The notes under the pieces: model-generated | Told to the model about the DNA's origin: nothing | Database searches by the model: none | Seen by the model: the letters and a program-made list of their open reading frames with translations, nothing else | Made by a program: the position numbers and the translations under genes | From: Chlorokybus atmophyticus | Lineage: Eukaryota; Plantae; Mesostigma and Chlorokybus algae | NCBI GenBank assembly: GCA_009103225.1 | Contig: RHPI01002438.1 | Span: 366,750 to 430,749 of the forward strand | Length of the DNA: 64,000 nucleotides | Direction of reading: 5' to 3' | Part shown: positions 1 through 10,770 of the stretch, piece after piece | Layout: every line of letters begins with the position of its first letter | How positions within the stretch are numbered: position 1 is the stretch's first letter

Positions 1-1613
1 AACAAGGCCACAACTGTGCGCACAGCTCCAGCAACTTCTGACTTGAGCGTCAATGGAAAGATGATGGACAGCTTGCTGTAGTCGTCGAGGAATGTAGCAA
101 AGTACCTGGCCCCTCCCTTCGCCACAATGCGCATAGGGCCACAGACATCCATGTGCACAAGCTCGCAAGGATGCTGACTGCTAGAAGAGGATGATGGGAA
201 TGGCATAGCATGCTGCTTTGCAACCAGGCATGGTTCACAAAGTGCACCTGATGCATTCTTGAGTTCTTCTGTGCTGAGATGGATGCCCTTGACCATCTTC
301 TCAGCGACAAGGCGAGTGAGGTTGACGTAGCTGAGATGCCCGAACCTTCGATGCCACAATGTTGGCGACTCCTTGTCCTTCACCACCATGGCTTGAATGT
401 CAATGTTCTTAGGGGGCTGCTCCACGTGGTAGAGCCCTCCCGGATCAGCGATTCCAACCATGTGCACGACCCCATCAAGGATGACTGAGCAGCCACCCTT
501 CCGAAATAGGATCTCCGCGCCTAAGCGCTCCGCAACCCTCACAGAGAATAGACTCGCAATAGCCTTAGGAACATGCAGGACGTTGCGTAACAACACCTCG
601 CGTAGTGTGTTACCAACCTTGCACTGGAGTCGTACGTTGCCAACTCCCTCAGCCACCAGTACTTCGCCACCGAAGCCCGCCACCTTGATTGTGGACGTCA
701 GCTTCCTGTAGCCCTCCATCACCTCCTTGTTTGGTGTGAGATGACGATCGCAGCCAGAGTCCACCACCCAGAAAGCTGTGCCCGCCCTCGAACTGGATGC
801 AGTGAAGGCGACATGTTTCTCCTTGTGTTGGTGCTCGTTGCCGCTGTTGCTGGTGCTTGCTCTAGGTTGCCCCTGTTGTTTCTTCCTACAGTCCTTCACA
901 ATGTGCCCCTTCCAACCACACCAGTGGCATGTGAGGTCTTTGTGACGAGGATTGCCTGGCTTGTTGCCCTTGTACTTCTCTTCATGGTTGCTCTTCTTTG
1001 CGTGCTTGCCGGTGTAGAAGGCGACGGCATCCGCTTGCTCGTCCTTCTTCACAACCCTCTGCTCCACGGTGAGCAGCTTCGGTAGCACATCGTCCAACGT
1101 CAACTCCGATGATGACGTCTCCAGCAGGGTTGCGACGACCTCGTACTCTGCTGGTAGCCCTGCAACAATGGCCAGCACTACCTCCGTCTCCCCCATGTTG
1201 TGGCCGACGTTGATGAGGTCCGCCCACAGCTCTCTCGCGCGCGCAACATACTTTGTGATGGGTTCTGCTGCCTCCTTCCTGAGTGCGCTGAGCTGCTTGC
1301 GTAGATGCAACTTTCTGGCATTGTTCTTGGCTCTGAAAACGGCTGATAGCTTTTCCCAAGCTTGTCTACCATCTTCACATGCAGTGAGCATGGGAAAGTG
1401 ATGCGGTTTACTGTTCAACACAAGCAAAGAATGTGCTTCTGCTGAATGCTCTGACCACACAGTGTTCGCTCCTGGTGTTGGTGGTGGTGCCTTCGGATCA
1501 ACGTACTTCCACACCTTCTTGTGGATGAGCAAGGCCTTCATCTCCACGCACCATGTGTTGTAGTTGTCGGTGTCCAGCTTTGCAATCTGCCCCTTGTCGT
1601 AGGTCGCCTCCAT
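1..1613 (-). CDS. Copia gag-pol polyprotein (Gag, zinc knuckle, protease, GAG-pre-integrase, integrase start), partial
   Basis: Translation from ATG 1613: MEATYDKGQIAKLDTDNYNTWCVEMKALL..., CHWCGWKGHIVKDC knuckle, FWVVDSGCDRH protease, LWHRRFGHL...CEPC, ELVHMDVCGP...FLDDYS. No stop or frameshift was found to the window edge. Confidence 0.95.
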   Translation of the reverse strand, partial: MEATYDKGQIAKLDTDNYNTWCVEMKALLIHKKVWKYVDPKAPPPTPGANTVWSEHSAEAHSLLVLNSKPHHFPMLTACEDGRQAWEKLSAVFRAKNNARKLHLRKQLSALRKEAAEPITKYVARARELWADLINVGHNMGETEVVLAIVAGLPAEYEVVATLLETSSSELTLDDVLPKLLTVEQRVVKKDEQADAVAFYTGKHAKKSNHEEKYKGNKPGNPRHKDLTCHWCGWKGHIVKDCRKKQQGQPRASTSNSGNEHQHKEKHVAFTASSSRAGTAFWVVDSGCDRHLTPNKEVMEGYRKLTSTIKVAGFGGEVLVAEGVGNVRLQCKVGNTLREVLLRNVLHVPKAIASLFSVRVAERLGAEILFRKGGCSVILDGVVHMVGIADPGGLYHVEQPPKNIDIQAMVVKDKESPTLWHRRFGHLSYVNLTRLVAEKMVKGIHLSTEELKNASGALCEPCLVAKQHAMPFPSSSSSSQHPCELVHMDVCGPMRIVAKGGARYFATFLDDYSKLSIIFPLTLKSEVAGAVRTVVAL

Positions 1614-1729
1614 CTTTGTCGTGCCTGCCTTTTCTTGCAGTTGACACCCAAGGCTCTGCTACCAACAAGCTACCGTAGTGTAGAACTACTATGCACACAA
1701 GCTAGTCTCACACTCCTCAAGCATAGTGT

Positions 1730-1741
1730 GGGCCCATAACC
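1730..1741 (-). promoter_or_regulatory. Primer-binding site GGTTATGGGCCC (half-tRNAiMet type)
   Basis: Abuts the LTR end. Matches the internal tRNAiMet-complementary PBS known from Drosophila copia and algal or moss Copia elements. Confidence 0.8.
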
Positions 1742-2165
1742 TGTTGAAGGACTAGCATGCACATGTAGCTGAGGCAAGCATGGATGCACAGAGACAGAGC
1801 TACCGCCACCAGAGCATACACAGGTCACATCACATTCATCTATTACAAGTTGTCCGCTGGTTCTTATACCAGCCAGTTACACACACGTCTACGTTTGCAA
1901 GCACTGCGTAAGCTATACTCAGCCTTTTGACGCGCTCTAAGTTGTGTTGTCTTCCTTACAACCAGAGCTTTCCAACAAGCTCTTACACGCCTAATATGAG
2001 TAAGTATACGCGGAGATACGAAGCAGTTAGTAAGGCTCCAGTCTGGAGTCCGGAGTCTGGTCCGACGATGCCATCTTGCTAAGTCCGGACCTAGTGCTCG
2101 TCCTTACGACCTTCTACTCCTGTGTGGAGGGTCGATGCTGATCGTATGTAGGAATACTCTCAACA
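1742..2165 (-). repeat. Copia 5' LTR (424 bp)
   Basis: TG...CA ends with 6-bp inverted termini. Related in sequence to the solo LTR at 32192-32655. Confidence 0.9.
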
Positions 2166-3625
2166 CTAGCTGCTGGTCAATAACGCGCGCGGGTTGGTAT
2201 GTTGGTAGGCCGGGTGAGGGTTTCGATGTAGGCATGCCCGATAAAGGCTGGTATGCGCGGACAATAGGCATGACAGATGCCGGGTCGAGGAGAATCGAGG
2301 GTCACGCTGTCTCAGACAACTGCAAGGAAAGACATGCCCGCTAGCTATGCTACTGCAACATGCTGAAACATGTAGCAAAAGCAAAAGATTACTCAGCTCT
2401 TATGGCGACAAGTGCTTTGTGGAGCTGCCCCGCTGCTGCTGAGTAATACAGACAGGTGGAGTCGGTGTCCTCCTTGGTGTACATGCTGTGCTGTAGGACA
2501 CACAGTCAACAAGCCACCCCCCCTGAGCTTCTGGGGAGGTTCTAGCTCCAGGGCTCAGCTGCTAACGCAAGTGAGGAGGGCCGTTGGCGCGGCAATCGTC
2601 GCACCAATACTCCTCCATGGGTATTGCGTCCAGTGGGGGCTCCAGACAGTGGCAATGCAGGCCGTTGTTACAGCCATCGCAAAGCATCATAAGTGCATCG
2701 TCGTCGGCACTGCCGCGTCACAGCGTATGCTGCGGGCGGGGCGAGGGTGCTGGATGCGCCGAAAGCCAACTATGTAAGGGAGGTGACATGGCGCGCAGTT
2801 CACCATGTTGTCTTTCAACCTCTCTCCGTCTTGACCGAGGGGGTCCAGCACCCCTGTGGGGTACACCTTGAGTACCTTGTTACAGGTGCAGCTCACGGAG
2901 GTGTCGAGCGTGTCCTTTATAGCTGCCATGCGGTATGCAAAATCCCCTGCTTGAAACCGCCGTTGGCGCTCCTTGTAGAAGCTGCTGCGCAAGCGCTCGT
3001 AGCGCAAAGTGTCGTGGTGCTACGCGATGCGTAGGTTGTTGAAGGCCATAAGGACGGTGCGCTCGACATTACCAAACGCGCCGCGCAAACAGCGCGGCGC
3101 GTGTGGTAAAGTCGTGGTGCATCAAGTCATGATTGTTGAGGTTGTTCACCACACGATCTACTTCCTGCTGTGCACAAAAGGGAAGCAATGGCGGACGGCC
3201 GAATAGCAGGTAGTATGGGCTGTACTCGCGCAGAGCCGCCTGCTTTGACAATTGGTATTCAAGGGCCACCCACGGAAAGTGGTCGTCCCAGGTGTTCTTC
3301 TCATACCCCAGCACGTACTTGCGGAGTGCCTTTTTGATGGTCTGCACTGTACGCTTGGCGAGATCGTCGGCTTGGGGGTGGTCATGCGAAGTACGGCGAT
3401 GATCAATGTAGCATATCTAAAAAAGGGTGTTGAACTCCCCTGTGAACTCAGTGCCTTGATCGGTGATGACCTCAGCGCAGCTGCCGAACCGACTGAGGAC
3501 ATGGGAGAGGAAGGCTTGAGACACCCCCCTGCTGCTCTTGTCGGGTAGTAACACCAGCTCCACCCATTTGGAGAAGTGCTCGATTTTGACCAGAATGTAG
3601 CGGTTGCCACGTGCCGAGGGGGAGT
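2166..3625 (-). mobile_element. Ty3/Gypsy 3' fragment: decayed integrase + PHD finger, polypurine tract, terminal repeat interrupted by the Copia element
   Basis: Integrase peptides IEHFSKWVELV, VITDQGTEF, ALRKYV...WDDHFPWVAL...SPYYLLFGR; PHD tail MLCDGCNNGLHCHCLEPPL...YWCDDC; G-tract then TGTTGAC at 2511. Confidence 0.9.
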
Positions 3626-3627
3626 AC

Positions 3628-4360
3628 GCTGGCATATCATACTTGTTCGGAACTGTGTATACTGGAGTTCCGGCATCTTGATGTCCTCGCGATACAGGAT
3701 GCTCACTTCCAGAGAATGCTGGGTGCAATTCGCTCTGTTCCCCATGATTACACGGATGACATCCTGCCAACGCGAATAAATGCACTGGCACATGGACAAT
3801 GACGTAAGCAATCAACTTGCAATTAGATTAGGTCGTACCTGCTGGCCGCATGTGATGTGCAACATTGACATGAGATGCAACACTCGTTTGCGATGGCGTG
3901 GCTGGGTGCAGTTATTCAGCAGCGTAGTTTCATGCATGATGTGTTTAAGTGTGATGGACAGCATCATCTGAAGCAGGCAAGCTTGGTAATCAGACAGTCT
4001 GTTGATGAAGTACACCAACTCAGGAAGATTACTCTTGTACCTGACAGCATGTGCGAGGATGCAGCAGCAATAACAGCGTCAGCTTCTTCAAGTTCATCGG
4101 GTTCGAGAAGATCACGGTATTGCGGTTCAACAGCTTTAGGAGTGCCCATCCACATCCTTGTGCCATGGTACTCATGGTTTTTGGCCCTAGTGATGTGCTT
4201 GTGTGTGAACACTTTGCTCCATTGGCAATCTTCGCAAAAACACCTGCGATTGTAGCACATGCTACAAAGATGTTTAGTCAACTATTATCCTGGCATACAA
4301 CCACCAAACTATCTAGAGCCCTGACCTGATACCGCCGTCTTCGCCGCCGCTCTAGCATCG
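3628..4360 (-). pseudogene. Decayed multi-exon gene of unknown function (CFCEDC cysteine motif), truncated by the Gypsy fragment
   Basis: GT-AG bounded exon-like segments (about 4030-4240, 3780-3910, 3630-3765). No recognisable family. Confidence 0.35.
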
Positions 4361-4369
4361 CTGTTGTAT

Positions 4370-4505
4370 AATTAGGGTTTAGATTGTCAATCCTAAACTG
4401 AAAGCTAGATCCAGTATAAGCCGCGGCTTCAATCCGGATGTGCTCCGTAATTTGCGTACGTGCTCCAGTTTTTCTTCCGTGAAGTGCATCAGCTACTAGG
4501 GTTTG
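4370..4505. promoter_or_regulatory. Candidate bidirectional promoter with telo-box motifs
   Basis: TAGGGTTT (reverse complement AAACCCTA) near 4372 and 4497, between divergent gene-like segments. Confidence 0.4.
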
Positions 4506-4529
4506 AATGGTAGGTTGCGTGGCGGCAGT

Positions 4530-5317
4530 ATGCGCGGCGTCAAGGTGTGCTGTTTCTGCAGAGCATACTTGGTTAGAAACGGCAACTTGAAACGGCTGCA
4601 ACAGCATGAAGAGAAGTGCAAGCTGTACAGTGAGCAGTATGGCTTCTATGAAGCCTGCTGGCACCATAATGCCCGGGGAGATAATGTGAGGCAGTGCAGG
4701 CTTCTAGCAAAATGCATCAAGCAAGACTTCTTTGTCGAGGAATGCACTTGCCTGCAAGGCTCGCTCTCCAAGTTTGAGTGGGACGGCGAGCCCATGGATC
4801 GCCTGCCTTGGGCCGGTCCTGGAGCATATTCGGATGGGCAGGAGTGTGATGTGGTGCGACGTCAGCTCGCGCGCAACGGTCGCGGCAAGTCCACAGTCCA
4901 AGATGATCACAACAACAAAGTGAGTTGAACTGTCATGTCCTGGCGCATAAACAGCGCTCTTATACGTAAGCAACTCACTCTTCAATGTTGAAGGGGAATG
5001 TAGCAGTATTTGACGCAGTTGACGATACCGCGATAATAACTGCGTGGCGAAAGGAGATTGTTGATGAGGGGCAGTCTTTGGTAGCAAGCCGCGTCGTGGT
5101 ATACTGGCCTGGAATGAGCACCTGGTATGCAGGCCGCATCATCACTTTCAATGCCAACACAGGTACATGTGTCCAAATAATGCAGAGTATGTGATGTACG
5201 TGCGCGTGTTCACGCAAGCACTGGCTCAGTAAAACATGTGGCTCAGGAAAACATACCATCAAGCACGACGATTACGATGAGGACCCGGGGCTGCACCGCA
5301 TCTTGTTGAAAAACTGA
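4530..5317 (+). pseudogene. Cys-rich N-terminus plus Tudor-domain protein (decayed, intron-containing)
   Basis: Splicing intron 5163-5247 gives LVASRVVVYWPGMSTWYAGRIITFNANTG|KHTIKHDDYDED, a plant PDS5/MSH6-like Tudor signature. The upstream exon has CCFC...HEEKC. Confidence 0.7.
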
Positions 5318-5347
5318 AACATCGCAGCTGTGCGTGAGGGTTACAAC

Positions 5348-6201
5348 ATGCAAGATGTCGTTGCAGTGATGGTTCGAGTTGGTGGTCAAAGCTGTCCGAG
5401 ACTGCAAGACTTGCCTGGTCGCGAGCTCAATCGTTGGCCCAGGCCACCACCCCTTCTCGTAACTCGCACATCATGCGACTCAAGTGGTAGACGTTACAGG
5501 CCACGCGCATTGGACCTCTTTTGTGGTGCCGGTGGCGTTGCTATGGGTCTGTGCAGGGCTGGGTATGATGTTGAGGGTATAGACAATAAGCCACAGCCGG
5601 CATACCCATTCAAGTTCTGCCAGATGGATGCAATGGACGCTGACCTGTCAGCATACGATACAGTGTGGGCAAGTCCTCCATGCCAAGCTCTTAGTGGAGC
5701 CATTCCCACGACACAACGGTCCGCATACGGATATCGATGGGATCACGTCAACCTGATTGACCCCATAAGAGCCAAGTTGCAGTCAAGCGGCAAGGCATGG
5801 GTGATAGAGAATGTCGCAGGCGCGTCAGGATACATGACAACTCACCTGAAGCTGTGTGGCAGCATGTTCAAGTTGGATGTGTATCGCCATCGCATCCTCG
5901 AGACAAACCCTCCAGCGCGCTCAGACTTTAAATGCAACCACACCGGTTCTGCACTTGGAGAGCTGACCACCCACCCGGAGCAGCGCCGGCAGTTGCTACC
6001 TGGGGAGAGGCAAATTTACCCGGTATACGGCCAAGCATCTTGCCGTGGTACGATTGCAGGGTGGCAGTCTGCCATGCAGGTGAAGTGAATGGATGCGGAA
6101 TCGAAATCAAGAATGCTATTCCACCTACTTACTCTGAACATGTAGGCAGGCTGTTGCTGGAAGCGATAGGTTTTAATGTCGATTACCCTCCTTTTTACTG
6201 A
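5348..6201 (+). pseudogene. Intronless phage/bacterial-type C5-cytosine DNA methyltransferase, with a stop and frameshift near the 3' end
   Basis: Motifs LDLFCGAGG (I), WASPPCQ (IV), VIENV (VI), LCGSMF..YRHRILE (VIII). TGA at 6086 replaces an expected Trp, and EIKNAIPPTYSEHVG follows in another frame. Confidence 0.9.
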
Positions 6202-6289
6202 GACACGTAGAGTACTTTGCAGTTGTAAGCTCTCTTGATTGCCACAGAGGTCTCATTTGTCATCACACCTGCAGAATGGTAAGGTTTCA

Positions 6290-9018
6290 CTGAGGTTGCC
6301 GCTGCTAATGCTCTTTGTGCTCGCGCCGCTGCTTCCGCTGCTCCTTCTCCTGCTGGCACTATTGTTTCCGCTGCTGCTGCTTCTGCTCACGCTCCTGAAA
6401 GAGTTGCTGCTTCAGCTGCTCCTGCTGCTCGAGTGTTGGCTGCTGGCCTATCACTGCTCGCTCACGCTCATGTTGACGTTTCTTTGCCATTTTTTTGCTT
6501 TGCCGCCGATCATCAATGTGTTCGCGTTTTTGCAACTTTAACATCTCCATGGGGTTTGCTTTGCGTGCGGAAAAATTGTCATGATTGAGATGGTGCTTTT
6601 GCAAAGTCTCATTTAGCTCGTTTTCGTTTTGCTTGCAAGTGCGCACAAGCTCGTTGAACTGGTCCTCCCGCCAATCCTGGTTCAAAGGACCCTTCACAAC
6701 GCAATTGCGCACTCCTTTCCTAAGCCCCTTGAGAAAAAGCTGTAGTTTAAGGGCATCATCCACCTGCAGCGCTGTCGCGTTGGCAACCATACACAGATGT
6801 TTGAACTGCGCGTGAAACTCCTCCACTTTGCGACCTGCCGCAGATGGCGCAGCTTCTTAAAAGCGCCGGCAGGGGTGTTATTCATTTGCGCAGGAGCTCG
6901 ACTGCGAGTACGACGGCGTTTGCGCTTCTTGCTTGTGGTGGCACGACGAGGAACACCAGAGGAAAGACTAGTAGTTGATGTGCCAGATTTATTAGCAGAG
7001 CTCTCATTGCCCTGCATTGCATCAAGCTCGGTGCCACATTGCGCAACTCCACACTTGCTCCTGCACGCAGACAGCATGACAGTGCTCACCTGTCCATCAG
7101 TTGGGCTCATAGGTTCCGCCTGATTCTGGACTTCCACCTCAACCTCTTGGTTGACCTCTGCCTGCTTGGCCTTGGCCTCAGCCTGCTCCAGCCTGGCCCT
7201 GGCTTCAGTCTCAACCTGCTCCTGCCTGGCCCTAGCTTCAGTCTCAGCCTGCTCCTGTCTGGCCTTGGCCTCATCCTGCTCCTACCTGGCCCTGGCTTCA
7301 GTCTCAGCCTGCTCCTTCCTGGCCTTGGCTTCAGCATCAGCCTTTGTCTTTGCCTCGCTCGCCTGCCTGGCCTTGGCCTCAGCCTGCTCCTGCCTGGCCC
7401 TGGCTTCAGTCTCAGCCTGCTCCTGCCTGGCCTTGGCTTCAGCACCAGCCTTGGTCTTCACCTCACCCGCCTGCCTGGCCTTGGCCTCAGCCTGCTCCTA
7501 CCTGGCCTTGGCCTGTGCTTGCTGCTTCAAGCTGGCCTCGACCTTCTTCATGCACTTTGGACCCATCCTCAGCTTTGGCTTTTGGACTTTTGCGCTTGCC
7601 TGGGTCTCAACCTTGCCTTCTCCCTTGGCCTTGGCCTCAGCCTCTTGCACACACACAGCTTGCGATTGCACAGGGGGTCTACTTGAAGATGTAGGCGCCT
7701 GGAGTGGCGCCAATTTGGCACTAGGTGCTGATAGCGGAGGACCATCAGGGTACAGGCAGCGCAGGACTTCTGGTGGCATATCACGAAGCTGCCATGAGAG
7801 CCTACCACTCGCATCGCCATGAGACATGTAATGCGCGCAGGCCTTGCTCGCGTCTGTATTGCCAATAATCACATGGCCAGCCACTTCTGAACATCCTCGC
7901 CGATCAGCACCACAAGCTTGATATACTGCAGCTTTCCTTTGTCATAAGGTTGATAATACCTCCCGTCATCCCCTTTGCTGAGTACCCCCTTGTCCTCCGC
8001 TTCTAGGATGTACTTGCAGTCACCAACCTCGTTGAGCTGCACGGTGCCAATGCGAATGCCTAGTGTGTGCGCCAGCAGCGCCAATTGCAGTTGATCCGCA
8101 TAAACACCCTCATGACCGATCACTTTCTGCAGAGCAACAACAGCTGCATCACCTTCATCTTTTCCATCGAGAACCATTGTTACCCGGCATTTCTTGGCGG
8201 CCTTCTTATAGTCCTCGCCCATGTCACCAGAGGCCCCGTAGTTACGATACGTCCGTAATCAACGAACGTTGACCTGGTCAGCACACATCTTGCGCAACTT
8301 GGCATCTTGATCTCTCGTATGCAGCTCTTTGCCGTTGTCCAGCACGATGCTTTGCCAGAAAGCCTCGTTGTCGACTGCGCCCACGCGTTCCAGGCACGCA
8401 GCGTTGACGGGAGGGTGCGACTGGGCAATGCAAGAGTAGAAGCAGTTGCCATCAGCATAGGCGTCAAAGAGCCGCAGCTTTGTCTCATGCAGCAGCAGCC
8501 CAATCAGCTCCGCCTCATCGCCCGGTTGTGGAGGAGGTAGACCAGACTCCCAACGACCACCAGCAGATGCATGACCCGTTGATGTGCCCACTTCCGCTTC
8601 AGGTTCTCCTACAAAGTCCCCAAGGTCAATACTCGCAGCTGCTGCCTGCTTGTCACACAGCTTGCTGAGCTGCCGCCGCAAGAACTGATCCAACTTGACT
8701 CTCCATTCATACGAGAGGGCCAGCAAATCAGCTTTCTCCAACCGCTGCTTGTATTTAACCACCAGCTCTTCCCATGTAGGGCAATCTTCCTTTTCCTCTC
8801 TCCATACTTTTGCATAACCTACGCAAAGGGCCTTGAAATCATTGAAAACCTTTTCGTCGGTCTTGTTTGCCCGGATCTGCGGCTTCTTCACCTCTTTTTT
8901 CTTCACCTGGTTGCAATGACCGGTATGAGCACGAGTTGGTGTGAGAAAGTTTACACATTCCAAGAGTACCTGCACGCTGCTGCTGACCACTTGGCAAGAC
9001 CTTCTGCTTTGGTGCCAT
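6290..9018 (-). pseudogene. OTU cysteine protease + EQAEAKARQ coiled-coil repeats + retrotransposon Gag-like domain
   Basis: ADGNCFYSCIA (8442-8453); in-frame TGA at 8259 joins the two OTU halves; HEGVYADQLQLALLAHTLGIRI; AHY. The Gag motif LRHLRQG.KVEEFHAQFKHL...FLKGLRKGVR is restored by a 1-nt insertion. Confidence 0.8.
7150..7520 (-). repeat. Coding tandem repeat (E-Q-A-E-A/T-K/E-A-R-A-R-Q units)
   Basis: Repeated ggccttggcctcagcctgctcctgcct units on the + strand. Confidence 0.85.
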
Positions 9019-9097
9019 TATGAACAACCTGTGTCGACACACACATAGAAACTTACAAGCAGACACGAAGTGATTAAGTGAGCCAAGTTTGGAACTG

Positions 9098-9345
9098 AGC
9101 AAGCAGGGGCCTTACGCACGAGGCTGCCCCATGAGGTCAGCATGAACAGAGGCGTGAATTGACAACATGCAAGAATATGTTTGCTTGAGGTCAGCATGAG
9201 CATGCAGGGGCCTTACGCACGAGGCTGCCCCATGAGGTCAGCATGAACAGAGGCGTAAAAACGACAACATGCAAGACAAAATTTGCTGCAACATAGCCTG
9301 AGCATGCAGGGGCCTTACGCACGAGGCTGCCCCCTACGATCAGCA
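9098..9345 (+). repeat. Three approximately 100-bp tandem units with core GGCCTTACGCACGAGGCTGCCCC
   Basis: Units start near 9098, 9198 and 9300. Confidence 0.9.
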
Positions 9346-10308
9346 TGAGCAAGAATGGGCCTTGAGAGCGGTCAGCAAAACAAGCGCAAACAAAGAGGAG
9401 CGCGGCATGCACTACACCTGGCTTGCGAATTCTTCAAACCCTACCAAGCTGCCTTTGAAGCTGCAAGAGATCTACACAAAGCGGTTGGAGCACTGATGCG
9501 AAAAGGCTTGCAATACACCACCACAGCAACCACACCGCCTCCCGCTCACACCGCCGCCACCGCCGCCTCTGACCACGTCACACAAGAAATGCTGCACTAC
9601 TGCAGGTGCTCAACTCAAAACCCTACAACCGTGCACTATTCATTGAAGCAACCCTGTACCGCGCGTCAGGCGGCGCTGTACTGGGCAAGGGTCATTGAAT
9701 GATGTATTGCAAATTGGGTGCAATCGATCCATCTGTAAAAATGCATGTAGAGGGTATGGATTGCACCAGGTAGTCATATATGCAGCAACCAGGTATAGGC
9801 CGTCACTATAGAACAACTACATGGAAACAAAGACAGTAGTTGCACATGTGAAGGTTGTGTAATTGTGTGCGTGATACAAGTGCACATACAATTCCAGCAC
9901 TTGCACTAGACCAGCCCCCCAGCTGTAGTTGTTATGGTTGTGCCTGGTGTTGCTGGTTAATGTGATGGCTGGTGCATGGTGTGTGTTGATTGGGGGCGCC
10001 GCCATTTTCCTTATACAATGTAGCGTGCATATGCGCATGCATTAGACATGTAACAGACTGCGCATGTAAGCATGTTGCGTACAGAGAACGCAAGACATGC
10101 GTGCGATGGAGTACCCCGTACGCACAGACAGCAGCCGCTATAACAGCAGGTTCTCATTGCAGGCAGGCAGGAAGCACATGTATACAACGCCACTGGCCTA
10201 TTGGAACTGGTCTTATGGCCCACTAATCGAGCAGCTAGGGGCCTACTGGAACCTCAACATCAAGACATTGATAGAGCAGCTATGTACAAGGTGAAAGCTG
10301 TTGCTGAC

Positions 10309-10770
10309 TCAATTGGAGTAGTCATAGCCGTGACCATCGCTGTCGTAGTCTCCCATGGTGGCCTCGGTATTCTCCGACAGCTCGCTATCGGATGCAACGA
10401 GTGCCAGGAAGAGGTTGTAAATCTCCTCCCTCACGATATCGGGGAGATTGGGCACCCTCCGCATGCAATAGCGCATGCGACGGAACTTGTGCTTGCAGCG
10501 GGCGGCACGTACATTCTCCGCTATAACATCCTCTAGTTCTACACCAAGCCTGTCTATCTCTTGACGCTGTGCAGACACCTGCGTTGCTAGAGTTTGGTCA
10601 CAATGCATGCTACCAACAGATATCAGCAGCTTACAGATAGTGCAAGTCATACCTTCCTGCGCAAGTCGGCCACGGTTTGCTGCAGCTCTCTCACGTCGCG
10701 GCGCAGCTAAGCCGATATGCACAAGCATGCATGCCAACAGAGACATACACAACCCAGAGCAAGCCTGCAC
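10309..10770 (-). CDS. Hypothetical protein (coiled coil, weak F-box-like LPDIVREEIYNLF motif, acidic tail)
   Basis: Open frame with a phase-1 GT-AG intron candidate and natural-looking composition. No family assigned. Confidence 0.35.
   Translation of the reverse strand: MQACSGLCMSLLACMLVHIGLAAPRRERAAANRGRLAQEGMTCTICKLLISVGSMHCDQTLATQVSAQRQEIDRLGVELEDVIAENVRAARCKHKFRRMRYCMRRVPNLPDIVREEIYNLFLALVASDSELSENTEATMGDYDSDGHGYDYSN

Larger units (their letters stand above)
1..2165 (-). mobile_element. Ty1/Copia LTR retrotransposon, 5' half (runs off window start)
   Basis: LTR 1742-2165 with TGTTGA...TCAACA ends, PBS directly inside it, then an uninterrupted gag-pol frame. Confidence 0.95.

Noticed and set aside
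7039-7822. Long plus-strand ORFs (215 and 223 aa) of Leu/Gly/Pro or Ala/Ser/Cys repeats
   Set aside because: Antisense shadows of the minus-strand EQAEAKARQ coding repeat.
9098-9345. Repeat-spacer-like pattern as a possible CRISPR array
   Set aside because: The intervening sequences are themselves repeated, there are no cas genes, and the context is eukaryotic.
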